Source: Bigelowiella natans CCMP2755
Lineage: Eukaryota > Protista > Cercozoa
Assembly: GCA_000320545.1 (NCBI GenBank)
Contig: ADNK01001625.1
Location: 1 to 64,000 of the forward strand
Length of the DNA stretch: 64,000 bases
Reading direction: 5' to 3'
Positions 59,217 through 64,000 of the stretch are shown in pieces. Below the pieces are notes generated by a model. It ran no database searches, was not told the DNA's origin, and saw only the letters and a program-made list of their open reading frames with translations. The translations under genes were made by a program, and so were the position numbers. Positions within the stretch are counted from its first letter, which is position 1, and the number at the start of each line of letters is the position of its first letter.

Positions 59217-60674
59217 ATGGCCGCCTCACTCATGCGAAGTGGTGCGTGTTTCCGCGTTCTTGGGAAAGCACGCGTAACCCCATTCGCATCCATTCCGGTT
59301 TGTTCCAACACAAGGGCGTTCAAGCGATTTTTTGCCATCAGTTTGAAGAAGGTGGACAAAACATTGGATGTCATACTGCTGGAGGTACCCTCACGTCAAA
59401 TAGCCGTCGTGCAGAACAATGCGAAATGTTAAACGTTTGCTTAAATCAGGAACAAAAAGGTTTCGGTTTTAAGGGCGAGCTCGTGAATCTGAAAAGAGGG
59501 TAGTACTCATAAACGGCAAAACAACCGCATGGAAAATCCTGAAATTGCTTTCAACTTTGCTCATCCCACCTCTCTACATATCAATTCAGACATGCTAGGC
59601 AATTGATTTCGCATCAGCAAGCTGTCTACGCTTCAGAATTCAACAGAAATAGATTTATGGTGGAAATTTCGGTGAGTGGAATGTTTCTAATGATGATATT
59701 GATGGTGACCCCCCCCAATGTGAATTATTATTTCATCAGAAGGAGGAACTGAAAGCCAGGGAAGAACGTGCATTTTTGGACTCGGTTCGATTTAAAATAT
59801 GTCTGCATCTGTACAATTACAGAAGTTCGCACCACCACTAAGCTTGATGATCCTCTAATTTTGATGCTTTTGCAGCTGAAACGTCGATTTTCCAAATTGA
59901 TTGTCAAGATAGACCGCGGTGCTGATCCATTGGATGGTAAGTAACACCATATCTAGTTACAGAGTGGCTATTACGCTAACTGATTGTATTTATGCCTCTT
60001 AGAAAAACGACATAAGCGTGGAGTTTCTCTCTCTGATATTCAGCGCCACATTGAATCAAAGTACTAGTTCTCACCTAGGCATGCCAATGGGATGGATAGT
60101 GCCTGTCAAATGAGAGGGTTTTCTTTCTGAGAGGAATTCAGTTTAAGGATACGATTTTCTAATTTTGAGTCATAACGCAGGTATTATGTTTTTAATATTC
60201 ACAAACATGACTTCAGGTTCAATATGGACATTCCAATAGATTATCTATTCTTGCCTGGGAAAGAGCCGACCGAGGAAGTTATTATCGAAGGAGAGAACCT
60301 TCCTAACCTGGAAAAGAAGGACACCAAAAAAGATGATATCAGTGAGGAAAGTTCAGAAGATATGGAGATTGAGGTGCATACTTAACTATTTGTGGGCTTG
60401 TTATTCAAGATGCGTTAACTTTCCTTTGCCTATAGGTCCCAGATGACCCAATGATTGCAGGGGGGAAAATACATGGGGTAATAAATACAGAAGCTAACAA
60501 GATACCAATGTTTATCACTAAGCTATCTATTTGTACTAGTTCGGCTCTTTCGAAATAAAGGTTAAAGTTGCTGGGTATCTGGTACCCCTTCAAGTTGTCA
60601 TACACAGATGGGAACCTCCAGAAGATGATGAGTTTCTTGAAGCAGCAGCAGCAGGAGACGCTGCGTCCGCGTGA
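59217..60674 (+). CDS. MRPL9: Organellar (probably mitochondrial) ribosomal protein L9 (bL9), multi-exon
   Basis: Arg/Ala/Ser-rich presequence, then LDVILLE-EQKGFGFKGELVNLKRG-HARQLISHQQAVYASEFN (bL9 consensus VILLEDV..LG..G..V.VK.GYARN.LIP...AV.AT..N) and C-domain GVSLSDIQRHIESKFNMDIPIDYLFLP. Stop at 60672-60674. Confidence 0.8.
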
Positions 60675-60824
60675 TCTAGTGGTAATTGTAGTGACGGGGT
60701 GCTCCAAAGCGCATACGTTTTCTGCAACATGCAGTGCAGATCGACATGAGTTGTAAAAATTAACTGAGTTGCAAAGAAAAGATCCATACGACAGGCGTAG
60801 CATTCTTACCTGAGTCTAGGAGTG

Positions 60825-61320
60825 TCTAGGTGTGTCCCATGCGCATGCACATGGTCTGTGCGATGCGCTGCGCTGCTAGCGGTACAGCTACGTACACATC
60901 TAGACATATACGTGCGTACGTACTAAGCTACTAAGCTAGTAAGCATGACATCCACTAGCTAGCTAGTCCAGACATATATGTAACTGGAGCACGCACGCCA
61001 CAGCACGCTTACATGCATGATCCATGCTACATGTAGCATAGAAATCACATGTTTTATCAATGCTAATGGCTAACGTGCCTATACGACGTAGATTGACAGC
61101 TGAAGCACACGTACAATCTAGTGTGCATGAGCTCTACTAGTCTAGAGCTGTCGACAGTGCTCGTGGAAGCAGAGACAAAGAGGACGGATCGTCACTAAAT
61201 GATGGGGTCACTCTCTATCTCTATGCTGCTCGCATTAAACCCAGTAAATTTCTTTTTGCACAAACATGGTTAACAAGTTCCAATCGCTAGATCGCATGAC
61301 AGTGTAGCAATGGCCTTCTC
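60825..61320. other. Intergenic island with CTAG scars
   Basis: gagt, gtgt, acat, tcca-(CTAG)3-tcca and atcg duplications; nested scar at 61130-61149. Confidence 0.9.
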
Positions 61321-61375
61321 AACGCCGATGATGAAATCAATATGTACCGTGACAGATGTGCAACAATAAATATAA

Positions 61376-63137
61376 TCATGAGAGTTTGGAGATCGTCTCG
61401 ATGGCTTCTTCTGCGCTGGAGACAAATTGGACCATCTGTAGCATCTGTTTTACAAAAAAATAATAAAGAATGAGTGATATAACTTCACTGTGACCTAGGG
61501 AACATGATGGAGGCAAATGATCAAAATTTAAAGTGTTGCTGTTTTTTCGGCTCCTGCTACTGGCGCTGCTGCTGATGATAATGGAGATTATGCTCATTGG
61601 GACCTGCTCTGGAATCTTTAATTTTGCTTGTACTCCCTGAATACAGTAGTAATGAGTCATCTATGCACACCATCATCATGATGCTTACTATTACTACTAC
61701 GACTACTACTACTGTTGTTGTCTTTCTCAATCAATCAATAACACCTTAAGAATATCCTCCCAAGGATCTTTGAAAGCTATAATAGGGGGGGGACTGCTCG
61801 CCGCCAGGTTGGAGGAAAGAGGGAATAGAGAGAAAGAGAGAAAGAAAGGAAGAGTAGAGTTGTACGTCAGCAGTACTTATATAGTTATTGTGTGAGTATT
61901 AAATAGTTGTAGCTGATTTTTTTTTTAATGCCATAAATGAATGAATCCGATAATTCATAACTCTTCGTCATCATACTTCTGTCCTGCAAGTGGTGCGAGC
62001 ACGGCCGTATTCCACGCCATTACTAATTCGGTCAAAGTGCCTAGAGACCCTGATGATTTTAATTTTATTACATCATAGATGATCGATGCTTGTGCAATCT
62101 GACGAAGGAAGCTCAAATAAAATCATTCCTTTTTTGGAACATATCGATGCTTTTTGAAATACGAATTCTTCATTTTCTGCGTTGCAATCATCATAATTTT
62201 CAATGGTTCATATCATCCTTTGTCGTCGTCGTTCTGCTGCTGCCTCCTCATGTCGCCCAATTGTTATTTGCTACTTAACTTCGCCTAGGCGACGACGACA
62301 TCATTATCATCATCATCATCATCATTTAACTGCTAAAGCTATTGTACCACCTGGGAGGACAACGAATGCAGAAGCTTTTCCAACTAGTGTTGCGAGTCTC
62401 TCCTACAACAAGAAAGTAATTTCACCACTTAATCTCGAAGATCTTGTTATCGGGGTCATCATCATCATTGCTCGCAATTGACACTAACAGGTAGCAGTAA
62501 TAGACTCGGGAATGATATATTATCACTACTACTACTACTACAAGCACCTCTATTGTGTCCTCCTCTAGCTTGTGAGTGAGATACTTGTTGCCTCCCTTGC
62601 GCATAGGAAATGCCTTGGGGACAAGAACGCCACGAATCTTTGCCCCCTCTACTTTACGGGCTCCTTTCGTAGTAGCCTCCATCAAACCCATGTATCCGCC
62701 ATTCATCTGAATCATGAGAGGGAGATGTGTATCATCACAATTATCCTCTTATTATTATTCAAAACATGATTTTCTTAGCTTTGCAGTAGTAGTTAATAAA
62801 TACGATATGGAATCCTTTCTTGGCCAAGGCTTCTCCAACTTTTACAGCCATTGCGTAGATGGGACTCTGTAGAAATGAACGAATAATTTAATTGTTGGTA
62901 GTTAGAAGATGTCGATTATTATATGAGATGATAATTCATGCCGAACAATTAAAGTACATCTTCCTTCAGGCCGCTGGAACCAAAGACTGAAACCGTGCGC
63001 TATTAGTAGGACGAAAGAGGATCGTGTTAATCAATAAAAAGGAAAGGTACAAATCACTTTTTGCAGCCAAATCATCATCACCATCATTTACATTTTTAAA
63101 TAACACAAACACACACAGAGACAGACAGACACAATGT

Positions 63138-63178
<41 letters not shown>

Positions 63179-63822
63179 TATGAAACACTGAAGATATCGT
63201 ATGTTATCTTTACAGATTTTGCGAAGTCCCCTTCCTTAAGATCCACATCGGAGTTGGAATTATTGGATGTTTGAGAAACAGACTGTTTTTTCTTTGGATT
63301 TAGAACCCTGAGTAAGTAGGATAAGAAGGGGAAACGATTCGGTGACATCCCTCTAATTTCTAACGATGGACGGACTAAGAATATGTAATATATCTTAATT
63401 TCAATTACCCGTGCGTTGTTATCAGTTGGGCAGCGGCTTTTTTTGCCTCCTCCGAGTTCTGAATAGTCTCTTCTCCTCCATTAGTAATGGAAACCTAGGA
63501 ATGCGACGATGTTAAATATTACCATCATTACCCTTCTAACCTCGTAAGAGTTGATGACGATGGCTATGATGATGAAGATGAAAATACTTGTGAATATTCT
63601 TTGATAATCATGACAAAGATAAAAATTATGTCTTATTGTCTAAAGCTTCCTCAAATCCTACTTCCCCTACCATCATCTTGTCCAACTTAGCATACGCTTC
63701 CTTTGCCTTTCCTGACAAAATTAATTCCACAATGAATACTGTATCATCATATTTTCAAGATCTAATGTATAAGTACCATAGGTATCAAGAAGGACTGCGC
63801 ACGTTTCCTCCAGAAGCTCTCG

Positions 63823-63860
<38 letters not shown>

Positions 63861-64000
63861 GTGTGGTTCTTCTTCCAATTGGTTGCTGAAAGCTTGTGAT
63901 TGTATTGTGCGTTATACTATCAACCTGAGTTTTGATTTTATATTTGTCAGCTTTCGAATCCTCAAGAGATTTGAGCCTTTTGATGTAATCATTCTTTTCT
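61376..64000 (-). CDS. LOG-family (lysine-decarboxylase-like Rossmann fold, nucleotide phosphoribohydrolase) protein; 5' part runs out of the window
   Basis: Exons TVSVFGSS, YAMAVKVGEALAKKGFHIV, NGGYMGLMEATTKGA, GSLGTLTELVMAW and FVSSAEEAI are LOG motifs (V.VFGS, GG..GLM.A...GA, PGG.GTL.E). Confidence 0.85.

Overview
Left end of a eukaryotic chromosome from an intron-rich protist-like genome; the taxon cannot be established from the window alone. A (CCCTAA)n telomere at 1-116 is followed almost at once by spliced genes: THOC7-like, DUF2270 membrane protein, DNA polymerase delta subunit 4, cyclin B, a PX/START-domain protein, an OXR1-like TLDc protein, eEF2, RPL28, an unknown membrane protein, a very large G-alpha-domain protein, mitochondrial L9 and a LOG-family protein. 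There is also one full-length Ty3/Gypsy LTR retrotransposon (51729-58237). Two unusual signals sit outside the genes. (1) Intergenic islands, mostly between convergent gene 3' ends, hold more than 40 (counted by eye) NNNN-CTAG-NNNN motifs, i.e. CTAG flanked by a 4-bp direct duplication. Some are nested, and two have matching empty sites in the other arm of an inverted repeat, so they look like scars of repeated insertion/excision. (2) The retrotransposon and several islands show strand-symmetric TpA->TpG/CpA hypermutation (Tyr->Cys/His throughout gag-pol, RT YVDD->HVDD, LTR-LTR differences at TA/CA/TG), the reverse direction of fungal RIP. Exon boundaries of most spliced genes are approximate.
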